Below are positions 63,690 to 64,000 of a stretch of 64,000 nucleotides of DNA, one piece after another. Source of the DNA: Ginglymostoma cirratum (Eukaryota). Within the stretch, counting starts at the first letter, position 1; the number at the start of each line of letters is the position of its first letter. The stretch covers positions 36,751,424-36,815,423 of the forward strand of contig JAHRHZ010000062.1 of NCBI GenBank assembly GCA_024137785.1. Direction: 5' to 3'. A program made the translations under genes and the position numbers. The notes beneath the pieces were generated by a model. It was not told the origin of the DNA and ran no database searches. It saw only the letters and a program-made list of their open reading frames with translations.

Positions 63690-64000
63690 CATTCCCATAA
63701 AATAAAGACTTAAGGGAAAAGTTGGGAGTTAAGAAAGAGGCATAAGTTATGTATACAAATAAGGATGAGTTCATCATAAGAGAAACTATGAAGAGAGTAG
63801 GAGAAAGGTCAATAAAACAATTAGGGAGGCATAGAGGAAATATGAAGTTAAAGGATCAAGAAACATAAACTAAAATTAAAAAAAATATTTTGCAGGCACA
63901 ACTTAAAAAAGACAAAACTATGATGGGAAGAGGACTCGTTAGTGGATAGGTAGGTAGTATCACATGTAAAGATGGAGCAGTAACTGAAATATTTTTGGTG
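63690..64000 (+). mobile_element. Old CR1 ORF2 relic (endonuclease-RT linker)
   Basis: Purine-rich, Lys-rich decayed coding sequence resembling this CR1 region. Confidence 0.35.

Noticed and set aside
1-64000. CRISPR arrays, operons or other prokaryotic systems
   Set aside because: No repeat-spacer array or gene-dense region; the sequence is vertebrate non-coding DNA.

Overview
Non-coding, repeat-rich vertebrate DNA. The repeat content (HE1-type V-SINEs, DeuSINE-like SINEs, CR1 and CR1-group LINEs, Neptune-type Penelope elements) points to a shark or other elasmobranch; this is an inference. No intact host protein-coding gene is recognisable, and almost all listed ORFs are chance ORFs or transposon read-throughs. 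Main contents: two 5'-truncated Penelope-like (GIY-YIG) elements; about a dozen short Penelope-tail insertions, most flanked by target-site duplications (TSDs) and most carrying minimal hammerhead-ribozyme motifs from about four families, including a fold-back pair at 53730-53826; a decayed GalEa-like Ty1/copia element with three nested insertions; two decayed Gypsy elements; an RTE endonuclease relic; Harbinger-like relics; a 2-kb compound microsatellite; and three assembly gaps. Unexplained signals: a 1.2-kb coding-like insert of unknown origin (possible endogenous viral element), a candidate 33-nt microexon, a G-U-rich hairpin, a two-segment templated local duplication and a CTCF-like motif. 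Family assignments come from motif recognition by eye, and element boundaries are approximate.
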